Assembly (NCBI GenBank): GCA_963846425.1
Contig: CAWJVW010000005.1
Location: 2,843,732-2,907,731 of the forward strand
Direction of reading: 5' to 3'
Length of the DNA: 64,000 nt
Source of the DNA: an uncultured Acidobacteriota bacterium
GTDB lineage: Bacteria; Acidobacteriota; Vicinamibacteria; Vicinamibacterales; UBA2999
Positions within the stretch are counted from its first letter, which is position 1. Every line of letters starts with the position of its first letter. Below are positions 35,993 through 44,684 of the stretch, one piece after another. The notes beneath the pieces are model-generated. The model searched no databases, had not been told where the DNA came from, and worked only from the letters and a program-made list of their open reading frames with translations. A program made the position numbers and the translations under genes.

Positions 35993-36469
35993 TCAGAACT
36001 CCACCTCTAAGCGCGCCCGGCTGATCAGATCGAGGGGCAACCGCACCAGCTTGCCGCCTTCCGACTCGAACAGCACGTCTTCCCCCTCCACACCACGGAG
36101 GCGTCCGGCAAACGCGGTCTGCCGGTTGATCGGCTCACGCGTGACGATCTTTGCCAGCCGTCCGGCAAATCGCCGGTAATCGTCCGCGTGACGGAGCGGC
36201 CGATCCAGGCCCGGCGATGACACTTCCAACGTGAAGCTCGCGGGGATGAGATCCTCGACATCGAGAATCGTCCCGAGTTCATGGCTCACGCGCTCGCAGT
36301 CCGCGATGCTGACCGATTCTCCTGCCGTCGATCCGGGACCAGGCCGATCCAGCACGACGCGCAAGACGTCCTGGCCGCCCTCACGTCGCATCGTCACCTC
36401 ATCGATCAGCAGGTCGTAGTCGCCCGCCACGCGGACAGCGATTTCCCGTATGCGCTCGAGCGGGGTCAA
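35993..36469 (-). CDS. rimP: Ribosome maturation factor RimP
   Basis: 158 aa directly upstream of nusA. LEVSSPGLDRPL motif. Confidence 0.85.
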   Translation of the reverse strand: MTPLERIREIAVRVAGDYDLLIDEVTMRREGGQDVLRVVLDRPGPGSTAGESVSIADCERVSHELGTILDVEDLIPASFTLEVSSPGLDRPLRHADDYRRFAGRLAKIVTREPINRQTAFAGRLRGVEGEDVLFESEGGKLVRLPLDLISRARLEVEF

Positions 36470-36480
36470 AAGGCCGCCTT

Positions 36481-36509
36481 AAACACAAAAAGTGGGCTAA
36501 AGGCCCACT
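36481..36509 (-). terminator. Rho-independent terminator after rimO (minus strand)
   Basis: Minus strand AGTGGGC-cttta-GCCCACT followed by TTTTTGTGTTT. Confidence 0.6.
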
Positions 36510-36563
36510 CTGGTCTCCCAGACTTCGACCGGACTCTACATTTTAGCATGGACGACTGAACCC

Positions 36564-36616
36564 TCGGGTGGGACCGCCGTTCGGGTGGCAGGACCCCTTC
36601 GAGGTTGGACCGGCGC
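36564..36616. repeat. 17-18-nt-period tandem repeat x3 (TCGgGTGGnAGGACC-type), ending at the rimO stop
   Basis: tcgggtgggaccgccgt / tcgggtggcaggacccct / tcgaggttggaccggcgc. The adjacent palindrome CCGGCGC-ttaac-GCGCCGG spans the stop codon. Confidence 0.6.
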
Positions 36617-38095
36617 TTAACGCGCCGGTGGGGCGGTTACGCGGATTCCGGTCTTACCGCGCACTTTGAGGCGCACAGGGTGCGGTCCCTCGGGGAGGGG
36701 CCTCGCAACCAGGTCATACCCCTTCGCCCCGATTATCTCGACGTCCAGGAAATCCCCGGCCGCGACACGTTCCGGGTCGCAATCGGTGAGATAGACAACG
36801 GGGTCGACATCAGGCGCCTGACCCTGCAGACGCCCTCGCAGCACGAGGTCGTGTTCCGGCGACAAGCCATCGACCAGCAAGCGCGCGCGGTCCCCGATGC
36901 GTCCCAAGTGCCGAGTCTCGACAAGCTGTTTCTGGTGCTCCATCAATCGCGATTGCCGCCGCTTCTTGGTTGCGGCCGGTACATCATCGGGGAAGCCAAA
37001 TGCGGTTGTGCCTTCCTCGTGCGAATACGTGAAGACACCGAGGTGGTCGAACCTGACCTCATCGACAAATCCGAGAAGGTCGCGGAAGTCTCGCTCGGTC
37101 TCGCCCGGAAACCCGACGATAAACGTCGTGCGAAGCGTAACACCTGGCATGCGGCTGCGAATGCGGGCAAGGAGCTTTTCGTAGGTTGCGCGCGTGCCGG
37201 GCCGCTTCATGCGTTGGAGTACGCCGTCTGCGGCGTGCTGCAAGGGCAGGTCAATGTACTTGCAGACCTTGTCACATTCAGCGATCGCATCGATCACATC
37301 GTCGGAGATCGTGGTCGGGTACAGATAAAGCAGTCGAATCCACTCGAGTCCCTCGACCGTATTCAACTCGCGCAGAAGGCGGGGCAAGGCGCCACGCTCT
37401 TTGCGATCGATGCCGTAGAAAGTCGTATCCTGCGAAATCAGGAGCAGTTCTTTGACACCGCGCGAGACGAGTGACCGCGCTTCTTGGACAATCGACGTGG
37501 CCGTGCGGCTGCGGTAATGGCCGCGCATTTTCGGGATGATACAGAAGGCGCACTTGTAGTCGCAGCCTTCCGCGATCTTGAGATACGCGTAGTGCCCTGG
37601 CGTCGCGAGTCGTCGCGGCGTGTCGGCGTCGTAGAGATAGTCCGGCAGATCGACGCCGAACAGTGGCGTTTCGCTGACAGTTCGTGGACTTCCAGGATCC
37701 CGACGGTAGAACGTCAGTGGTGTTGCCGTGGCCCGTCTACCGTGGACCGTAGGCCACGCGAGCGCATCGAGAATTTGCGGCACTTCGCCCGTGCCGAGAA
37801 CCGCGTCAATCTCGGGGATCTCCTTCTTCAACTCGTCGCGATATCGTTCGGCCAGGCATCCGGTGACGACGAGCCGTCGTCCCGACCGCTGTTGTTTCAG
37901 TTCTGCCATCTCCAGGATGGTGTCGATCGATTCCTGTTTGGCGCGATCGATGAAGGCACACGTGTTGACCACGAGCACATCCGCGGCGTCAGCGTCCGCG
38001 ACAATTTCGTGTCCGGCCTGCTCGGCAAGGCCCAGCATGACCTCTGCGTCAACGAGGTTCTTGGGACAACCGAGAGAGATAAAGCCTATTTTCAT
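36617..38095 (-). CDS. rimO: Ribosomal protein S12 methylthiotransferase RimO (radical SAM + TRAM)
   Basis: MKIGFISLGCPKNLVDAEVMLG N-terminus typical of RimO. Radical-SAM CDYKCAFC. C-terminal TRAM domain. Confidence 0.85.
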   Translation of the reverse strand: MKIGFISLGCPKNLVDAEVMLGLAEQAGHEIVADADAADVLVVNTCAFIDRAKQESIDTILEMAELKQQRSGRRLVVTGCLAERYRDELKKEIPEIDAVLGTGEVPQILDALAWPTVHGRRATATPLTFYRRDPGSPRTVSETPLFGVDLPDYLYDADTPRRLATPGHYAYLKIAEGCDYKCAFCIIPKMRGHYRSRTATSIVQEARSLVSRGVKELLLISQDTTFYGIDRKERGALPRLLRELNTVEGLEWIRLLYLYPTTISDDVIDAIAECDKVCKYIDLPLQHAADGVLQRMKRPGTRATYEKLLARIRSRMPGVTLRTTFIVGFPGETERDFRDLLGFVDEVRFDHLGVFTYSHEEGTTAFGFPDDVPAATKKRRQSRLMEHQKQLVETRHLGRIGDRARLLVDGLSPEHDLVLRGRLQGQAPDVDPVVYLTDCDPERVAAGDFLDVEIIGAKGYDLVARPLPEGPHPVRLKVRGKTGIRVTAPPAR

Positions 38096-38132
38096 GATGT
38101 CTTACGTGTCAGTTTCAATTACCGGCAACTTG

Positions 38133-39428
38133 TCATGGATACAGCCGATAAAGCATCCGCGGGTACGGGATGCTTTCGCGAAGATGCTCCAGCCCGCAGA
38201 TCCATGTCACCGCCCGCTCGATACCCATGCCGAACCCGCCATGCGGCACACTACCGTAGCGGCGGAGGTCGAGGTACCACTCGAATGCCTCGGTCGGCAG
38301 GTTGTGCTCCTTGATGCGCTGCATGAGCAGGTCGTAGTCGTCAAGTCGTTGGCCACCGCCAATGATCTCGCCGTATCCTTCCGGCGCCAAGACGTCCACG
38401 CACAGCGCACGATCCGGCTGTTCTGGATCGGGTTTCATGTAGAACGCCTTGATCGCTGCCGGGTAGTGCGTCACGCAGACAGGGCGGTCGAAATGTTCTG
38501 ACAACACAGTTTCGTCAGTACCGCCGAGATCGCCGCCCACCTCAAAGGGCACGCCCTTGTCGTGAAGGATCTTCGCGGCCTCGTCGTAACGGATCCTCGG
38601 AAACGGGGCTTTCACCGACTCGAGCTTCGCGATATCGCGCTCCAGCACCTTCAACTCAGCCTGCCGCCGATCGAGAACCCGCCCGACGACGGACGTGATC
38701 AGCCCTTCGGCCAGAGCGATGACGTCGTTGAGATCTGCGTATGCCATCTCAGGCTCGACCATCCAGAACTCGGTGAGGTGACGTCGTGTCTTGCTCTTCT
38801 CCGCGCGGAACGTCGGTCCGAAGCAGTACACCTTCCCCAGCGCCATCGCGTTGGCTTCGTTGTACAACTGCCCGCTCTGCGTCAGAAACGCCGTGTTGTC
38901 CTCGAAGTATTGCACTGGGAACAGTGTCGTCGTGCCTTCGCACGCCGCCGGAGTGAAGATGGGCGTGTCGGCGAGGATGAAGCCCTGGCTGTTGAAGAAG
39001 TTGCGCACCGCGTCAATAACTTCGTGCCTGACACGCAGGATGGCCGTCTGCCGCTCGGCACGAATCCACAGGTGCCGTCGATCGAGCAGATAGTCAACGC
39101 CGTGCTCCTTGGGGGTGATGGGATAATCGTGCGCAGGCGCAACGACCTCGAGCGCGTTGGCAGTCAGTTCATAGCCCCCTTTTGCCCGCTTGTCCTCGCG
39201 CACCGTGCCCGTGACGATGACGGCACTCTCCTGCGACAGGTGGTCAGCGGCCCTGAACGTTTCTTCGGGGACGTCGTTTCTGCCCATCACAACCTGTAGA
39301 AATCCCGTGCCGTCCCGCACGACCAGAAAGTGAATCTTGCCGCTCGAACGCCGGTTGTGCAGCCACCCTTTGATGCTGACGGTCTCGCTGACGTGGTCGC
39401 CAATTTTGTCGATGGAAACGTGGGGCAT
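38133..39428 (-). CDS. asnS: Asparaginyl-tRNA synthetase (class IIb)
   Basis: 431 aa. OB-fold N-domain. [27 protein letters not shown] matches the AsnRS rather than the AspRS pattern. Motif 3 GGFGMGIER. Confidence 0.8.
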   Translation of the reverse strand: MPHVSIDKIGDHVSETVSIKGWLHNRRSSGKIHFLVVRDGTGFLQVVMGRNDVPEETFRAADHLSQESAVIVTGTVREDKRAKGGYELTANALEVVAPAHDYPITPKEHGVDYLLDRRHLWIRAERQTAILRVRHEVIDAVRNFFNSQGFILADTPIFTPAACEGTTTLFPVQYFEDNTAFLTQSGQLYNEANAMALGKVYCFGPTFRAEKSKTRRHLTEFWMVEPEMAYADLNDVIALAEGLITSVVGRVLDRRQAELKVLERDIAKLESVKAPFPRIRYDEAAKILHDKGVPFEVGGDLGGTDETVLSEHFDRPVCVTHYPAAIKAFYMKPDPEQPDRALCVDVLAPEGYGEIIGGGQRLDDYDLLMQRIKEHNLPTEAFEWYLDLRRYGSVPHGGFGMGIERAVTWICGLEHLRESIPYPRMLYRLYP

Positions 39429-39433
39429 TTATT

Positions 39434-39515
39434 GAGTGCCTAAAGTGCCTGAGGTGCCAAGTGTGCCAAGGGTGCTAAGCGTGTGCCAGATGGTGCTGAC
39501 GGTGCCGCATGTGCT
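39434..39515. repeat. About 10 direct 9-nt units with GTGCC core (no inverted arm)
   Basis: gagtgccta aagtgcctg aggtgccaa gtgtgccaa gggtgctaa gcgtgtgcca gatggtgct gacggtgcc gcatgtgct. Fills the whole spacer. Confidence 0.8.
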
Positions 39516-40399
39516 CAGGCGCCCTGCTCAGTGAGGAGTTTTTCGAATTGGCGTCGCGCCTTTTCAGTCTTCTCGAGGACGGCTTCAGGTGTGGACGTGT
39601 TGGCGACTTCGAACAGCCACGTACCATCGTAGCCAATCTTCTGAAGCGACATGAGCGTCGAGGGCCAGTTGATTGAGCCGGCACCTGGCGTCAGGTGATC
39701 GTCGGTCTTGCCGCGATTGTCATGGAGGTGCGTCGTGACCAGGTGACCTGAGCAGGCTTCGATGGCGTCACCGAGGTCGCCCATGATGAAAGCGTGGCCG
39801 ACGTCCATGCAGATGCCCACGTTGCTCCCATCGAGGTCATTTTCGATGAACGAGACGAGTGCTTCTGCGCTGGACAGCTTGTTTGGGATGACTTCGAGAG
39901 CCAATTGCACGCCAGCTCTCTCGGCCATCTCGAGCATCGCCACGATGCTCTTCCGCGCGGCGTCTCTGCTGTTGTCCGACGCGGCAGGCTTTGTGGAATC
40001 GGGGACGCCCAAGTGCACCACCAGGTGCCGATACGGAATCGTCTGCGCCACCGCCAGTGCGGTCTCGGTCTCGGTCAGCGCTTTGCGCCGCCGGTGGTCA
40101 TCGGTGATGGCATTTGAGAATGCCTCACCCCATTCGCTGTTGACCAGGCTGGCACAAATCGGTGCGTGCATCGAGTTCAGCGTCAAGCGTGTGTCGTCGA
40201 GCCACTCGGCCAACGATTGGACGGCGACACTGTCGTGGTAGTCGAAGTGGGTACGAGTTGCAAAAACCTCGACGCAGTCAAACCCGTGCGCGGCGATCTC
40301 CACGAGATGCTCCCGGTCGAGACGCTGTTCGTGATAGAGGTGCGTCGAAACGCCAAAGCGGAGACTGCTCACGGAACCTTCCTCGGGCGCGAATGCCAA
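39515..40399 (-). CDS. Sugar phosphate isomerase/epimerase (xylose isomerase-like TIM barrel)
   Basis: 294 aa with AP_endonuc_2-like pattern (...HLVVHLG..., ...LALEVIPN..., ...CMDVGHAF..., ...HLHDN...). Confidence 0.7.
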   Translation of the reverse strand: MAFAPEEGSVSSLRFGVSTHLYHEQRLDREHLVEIAAHGFDCVEVFATRTHFDYHDSVAVQSLAEWLDDTRLTLNSMHAPICASLVNSEWGEAFSNAITDDHRRRKALTETETALAVAQTIPYRHLVVHLGVPDSTKPAASDNSRDAARKSIVAMLEMAERAGVQLALEVIPNKLSSAEALVSFIENDLDGSNVGICMDVGHAFIMGDLGDAIEACSGHLVTTHLHDNRGKTDDHLTPGAGSINWPSTLMSLQKIGYDGTWLFEVANTSTPEAVLEKTEKARRQFEKLLTEQGA

Positions 40400-40408
40400 A
40401 CGACTATT

Positions 40409-41434
40409 CTACCGAACCTCGTCGACGAGGTCGGCCAGCAGGCCCTGGAGGCGGCCAAACCGCGGATATCTGGCCAGGTTGGCGCGAACGTAATTCAGCG
40501 TTCGCGGGATGTACTGGATGTAGACGGGATTTCCGCGTGCGACTGTCATGTACCCGAACGTGCCGAGCGCTTTGAAGTTTCGCTGAAGCGCCATCACGTC
40601 GAACCGACGTCGAAACTCCGTCGCCTGCGCGGCCGTCACGCCGGCGCTGCCATGCCTCACCGCGAGGAAATATGCGATGAGGTCATCAACTTGTTGCGGA
40701 ATCAGGTCAACGTAGGAGTCGCGAAGGAGGGAGACGAGGTCATACGTATCAGGGCCCATGCGAGCATCCTGAAAATCGATGATGTAGAGGCCACCGTCGT
40801 GCAACATCAGATTGCGGCTGTGGTAATCGCGGTGGCACAGCACGCGCGGTTCGGCCGCGAGCTCGTTGACGATCTCGGACCACTCCGCAGACAGGGCCTT
40901 TTGCACCTCGACTGACGGAGTCGCGCCGCGATACGCCCGGAGAAAATGCTTGTAGAAGAATTCGAATTCCCACGAGAGCTTGTTCGTGTCGAAGGCGATC
41001 GAGTACGGCGGATATTCGTCCGACGCGAGCTCCGCTCCGCGCTGCTGGAGTCTCGCGATGAAAGACACGGCTTCGCGATACAGCGCATGGTGTTCTTCGA
41101 GTGTTTCTGCCCCCACGTGCGCCTGCAAGGTCACATCGCCAAGATCCTGGAGACCGATGATCCCGAGCGCGTTGGAATGATGCAGGATCGTCGGAACCGG
41201 CAAAGGCACATGCGTCATCAACCGCGCGACGGACACGAACGACATCGTGTCGAACTCGATAGCGCCCCCGTGCAGGGCCAGTACGATTGACGCGCAGTCG
41301 CCATCGCGAAGGAGCACCCGGAAGTACCGGCGGTCCGACGCGTCGCCGGTAAGCGGTAAGACCTTCGCGACGATCGGCGTGAGTTGCTGTTCGTCGAGAT
41401 ATTGGTCGATGCGCGCCTGCCAAGAGTCGTGCAC
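40409..41434 (-). CDS. Aminoglycoside-phosphotransferase-fold kinase (AmgK-like anomeric sugar kinase?)
   Basis: Catalytic loop CHRDYHSRNLM and IIDFQDA (DFG-equivalent). Adjacent to a sugar-1-P nucleotidyltransferase, as for amgK-murU. Confidence 0.7.
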   Translation of the reverse strand: MHDSWQARIDQYLDEQQLTPIVAKVLPLTGDASDRRYFRVLLRDGDCASIVLALHGGAIEFDTMSFVSVARLMTHVPLPVPTILHHSNALGIIGLQDLGDVTLQAHVGAETLEEHHALYREAVSFIARLQQRGAELASDEYPPYSIAFDTNKLSWEFEFFYKHFLRAYRGATPSVEVQKALSAEWSEIVNELAAEPRVLCHRDYHSRNLMLHDGGLYIIDFQDARMGPDTYDLVSLLRDSYVDLIPQQVDDLIAYFLAVRHGSAGVTAAQATEFRRRFDVMALQRNFKALGTFGYMTVARGNPVYIQYIPRTLNYVRANLARYPRFGRLQGLLADLVDEVR

Positions 41435-41458
41435 AGGGCCGATTCTACAGGTGCGCAG

Positions 41459-42421
41459 TCAAAACTGCGTGAGGACGAGGCTGTGGCCGTCCGCAACGAT
41501 CGCGCACCGTTCGAAGCGCTCGCCCGGTGGGACGTGAACGCCGTCGGTAACGATGCAATTGATGAGCTGACTTTTTGCCGGGACGACCACGCGATCCCAG
41601 AGGATGGAATCACGAACCTCCGCGGCAGTGTCGATCTGGCAGCCGGTTCCGACGTCAAAGGGCACGCGCTCGCGACGGCTGACGGCCGCGACTGTTTGCA
41701 GATAGTCGGCCGCCGTTCCCACGTCCAGAAACTCGGCGTTGCTCTCAAAAGCGACGATGGCGTTCGCATCTTCCGCGATCAGGCGCGGATACAGCGTCCG
41801 TACGGTTTCGCTCGTCTTGTCGTCCGGCAGCGCCTCAAATACCTGGGCGTTGACAGCTTGAACGCCTATGAAGTGCAGGGCGTTTGGGGCAGGTGGGGCA
41901 GGGAGGGTTGATTTCGCAGATTGCAGCGATCTCGCGCGCGCGAATCCCATGACGCGCCCGTTTGGGCCCACCAGTACGCCGCCGTATCGACCTACGTTGC
42001 CGGGGACGACAGCCATCGTGACGCGTGCGTGTGTGTCGAGATGTCGCTGCACGACTGCTCGCGGATCGCAATCCGTCAGCGTGTCGCCATTGACGATGAG
42101 GAAGCGCTCGGCGTCGATCAGCGAAAGGGCGCGGCGCGGACCGCCGGCCGACCCGAGGACTTGCGCCTCCCAGGAGTACTGGACCTCAACGCCCCACTCT
42201 GCACCATCACCAACGGTCCGCGTGATTGTTTCCGGCCGATGATGGAGATTCAACACCACGCGGCGGACCCCCGCAGCAGCCAGCCATTCGAGAATGCGGC
42301 CGATCAGGGGCTTGCCGGCGACGGGCATTCCCGCCTTTGCCCGGACCGTTGAAACCGGTCGCAGTCGGGTCGCGATGCCAGCGGTGAGGACCAGCGCTGG
42401 CCACGCCGACAGGTCATTCAT
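41459..42421 (-). CDS. Sugar-phosphate nucleotidyltransferase with C-terminal left-handed beta-helix (MurU/GlmU-like)
   Basis: LTAGIATRLRP (GxGTRL-type) motif, NTP_transferase core, hexapeptide-like C-terminus. 8-nt overlap with the CYTH gene. Confidence 0.75.
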   Translation of the reverse strand: MNDLSAWPALVLTAGIATRLRPVSTVRAKAGMPVAGKPLIGRILEWLAAAGVRRVVLNLHHRPETITRTVGDGAEWGVEVQYSWEAQVLGSAGGPRRALSLIDAERFLIVNGDTLTDCDPRAVVQRHLDTHARVTMAVVPGNVGRYGGVLVGPNGRVMGFARARSLQSAKSTLPAPPAPNALHFIGVQAVNAQVFEALPDDKTSETVRTLYPRLIAEDANAIVAFESNAEFLDVGTAADYLQTVAAVSRRERVPFDVGTGCQIDTAAEVRDSILWDRVVVPAKSQLINCIVTDGVHVPPGERFERCAIVADGHSLVLTQF

Positions 42422-43004
42422 TCGACGAGGGAACGCTGACGGCGGCTGGCGCGTTGATCGACCCGAAGATCATGTCGCTTTCGTCGAGACCGTGTTCGGT
42501 GCAATAGCGCACGAACAAAGTGCGATAAGAATCGGTAATGTAGTCTGCAGTTGACTTGCCGAGCGCGGCGGCGGTCCGGTGAATATGATCCTCGCCGCCT
42601 TCGATTTCCACGAACGTGCCGACCGGGGTTTCGTCGATCGCAATCACCACGTCCTCCGCGGAAAACTCCTCGCGATATTTCTCATAGCGGAACCAGATAC
42701 GCAGTCCAAGCTCGTGGAGGATGGTCAACAGCGTGCCCCCGTCGGCGACGACGGTCTCAAATTCTTCTCGCGTCTTCATCAAGCCGGCTTGAACGGGACC
42801 CTTGAAGGTCAGCAGACTCTTGCCGCTTTCGTTGCGCACGCGTAGCACGCAGCGGCGGCGATAGAGGCCGTCGTCAATGGCATCGAGCAGGCAATCTTCC
42901 TGTAGCCGCCGTCCACGCAGCGGCGTGGCGCCGATGGAAAGCACACGCTGGCGGGCCTCCTGTGCATTTTCGAACCGGAGCTTTATCTCGCGTTCGACCG
43001 CCAT
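42414..43004 (-). CDS. CYTH domain protein (triphosphate tunnel metalloenzyme / class IV adenylate cyclase-like)
   Basis: N-terminal ExExK signature (MAVEREIKLRF) and beta-barrel-like pattern. 196 aa. Confidence 0.75.
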   Translation of the reverse strand: MAVEREIKLRFENAQEARQRVLSIGATPLRGRRLQEDCLLDAIDDGLYRRRCVLRVRNESGKSLLTFKGPVQAGLMKTREEFETVVADGGTLLTILHELGLRIWFRYEKYREEFSAEDVVIAIDETPVGTFVEIEGGEDHIHRTAAALGKSTADYITDSYRTLFVRYCTEHGLDESDMIFGSINAPAAVSVPSSNE

Positions 43005-43031
43005 TCACCACGGATGATAGAGGAATTTGTC

Positions 43032-43113
43032 GGTGCAGGGGTTCACAAGTTCAGGGGTTCAGAGGTTCAGGAGCTCCTAACCCCTGAACTGCTGAACCCT
43101 TGAACCTCTGAAC
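43032..43113. repeat. GTTCAG-type palindromic element: about 4 direct 8-nt units, GAGCTC centre, 4 inverted units
   Basis: gttcacaa gttcaggg gttcagag gttcagga gctcctaa cccctgaac tgctgaac ccttgaac ctctgaac. Confidence 0.85.
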
Positions 43114-43117
43114 TTCG

Positions 43118-44671
43118 CTATTCTTTGCGGATCGTCACGAAATTCTGTTGACCATTCCTCAGAATCAGGAGAAATGCCGTCCCCCCGCTTGGCACCTGCG
43201 CGAGTGCGCGGCTGGCCTCCTGCGGCGAGGTCACGGGGCGACGATTGACCTGCAGAATGATGTCCCCGCGGCCAATGCCAGCCCGCTGAGCGGCGCTACC
43301 CACCTCGACATCGGACACCAACACGCCCTGGGTGTCAGGTGGCACGCGCAACCTCCGCGCCGTGTCCGCCGTCAACGCGCTGACTTCCATGCCGAATCCG
43401 GTTGTCTCTTCGATGTCCGGATCATCCGTACCGCTACGTGCGGTAACGCCAGCCTCACTTTCGAGATCCAGCTCATTGACGGTGACGGTCAGCGAACGTT
43501 CCTGTTTGTCGCGCAGCACCTTGATGGGGACTGACGATCCAGGTTTTGTCGCGACCACCATCGACACGAGCTGATCGCGGCGCTGTATTGGCTTGCCGTT
43601 GAATTCGATGATTACGTCGCCGGGTTCGAGGCCTGCTTTGTCAGCTGGGCCGCCGCTGTTCACGCTTCCCACGAGCGCGCCACGGCGTTCCTTGAGACCG
43701 AATTCTGCCAGCGCGCTCAACGGCACGTCCTGGACGGTCACGCCAATGACTCCGCGTGTGATCTTGCCGCCCCGCAACTGCGGAAGCAGATCGCGCACAA
43801 CGTTGATCGGAATCGCGAACCCGATGCCGAGGTTGCCTTGCTGACGCGAATCCGAATAAATGGCCGTGTTGATCCCGACGACCTCGCCGCGCACGTTCAG
43901 GAGCGGTCCGCCGGAGTTGCCCGGATTGATGGCCGCGTCCGTTTGAATCACGTCTGCCCACCGGCCCGTGCTGACGGGCAGGCCACCGGGACGTGCGGCG
44001 CTGACCACGCCCACGCTGACCGTATGGGCGAGATTAAATGGATTGCCGATGGCCATCACCCAATCGCCAGGGGCGATCTGCGCAGAGTCGCCGAACTTGA
44101 CTTCCGCAAGCGCGGTCTTCGGCTTCTCGGTGAGCTCGATGAGCGCGCTGTCGGTCAGCGGATCTCGCCCGACAACCTTCGCCTGGTAGCTGATTTCCTC
44201 GTCCCCGTACATGAAGACCTCGATTTTGGTCGCGCCTTCGACGACGTGGTTGTTGGTGAGGATGTAGCCATCCTTGCTGATGATGAAACCGGTGCCGGCG
44301 GCAACGGCAACCTGCTCGCGCGGCCGCTGCTGTTGGCCTTGGCCCTGGCCCTGGCCTCGGCCAGGCTGGCCGCCGAAAAAGCGCTCGAAGAGGTCATCAC
44401 CGCCGAAAAACTCCGTGAGCTCTGTGGCGCGCTGACGCGATTCGGTGCGGATGTTGACGACCGATGGGCTCACGACCTTGGCGATGTTGCGAAAGGTGCT
44501 CGCGTCAACGGGCCCGCTCAGCGGCGCGCTGTTGGTCGCTGGTGCGGAGATGGCCTGCTGCGCCATCGAAGGCGGCGACAGGTCGAGACGCGACGCGATC
44601 ACCATCCCGACGGCCAGCGATGCCACACCAATCAGCAGCCCGTAGAACACCGTCGTTTTACGACTAGACAT
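43118..44671 (-). CDS. HtrA/DegP/DegQ-family periplasmic serine protease with two PDZ domains
   Basis: Catalytic triad context (TNNHVV, DSALIEL, GNSGGPLL). Two PDZ segments. N-terminal TM/signal anchor. Confidence 0.9.
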   Translation of the reverse strand: MSSRKTTVFYGLLIGVASLAVGMVIASRLDLSPPSMAQQAISAPATNSAPLSGPVDASTFRNIAKVVSPSVVNIRTESRQRATELTEFFGGDDLFERFFGGQPGRGQGQGQGQQQRPREQVAVAAGTGFIISKDGYILTNNHVVEGATKIEVFMYGDEEISYQAKVVGRDPLTDSALIELTEKPKTALAEVKFGDSAQIAPGDWVMAIGNPFNLAHTVSVGVVSAARPGGLPVSTGRWADVIQTDAAINPGNSGGPLLNVRGEVVGINTAIYSDSRQQGNLGIGFAIPINVVRDLLPQLRGGKITRGVIGVTVQDVPLSALAEFGLKERRGALVGSVNSGGPADKAGLEPGDVIIEFNGKPIQRRDQLVSMVVATKPGSSVPIKVLRDKQERSLTVTVNELDLESEAGVTARSGTDDPDIEETTGFGMEVSALTADTARRLRVPPDTQGVLVSDVEVGSAAQRAGIGRGDIILQVNRRPVTSPQEASRALAQVPSGGTAFLLILRNGQQNFVTIRKE

Positions 44672-44684
44672 TGACGTCCTCCAG

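Noticed and set aside
34851-36179. 442-aa plus-strand ORF antisense to nusA/rimP. Similar cases: 27082-28143 (antisense pnp), 54137-55426 (antisense glgP), 36605-38314 (antisense rimO), 43838-44674 (antisense htrA), 1474-2334 and 3703-4611
   Set aside because: All overlap strongly supported genes on the other strand and have no family signatures. They are high-GC shadow ORFs.
39434-39515. Possibility that the tandem arrays are CRISPR arrays
   Set aside because: The period is only 8-9 nt, with no unique spacers, no leader and no cas genes. This is not CRISPR.
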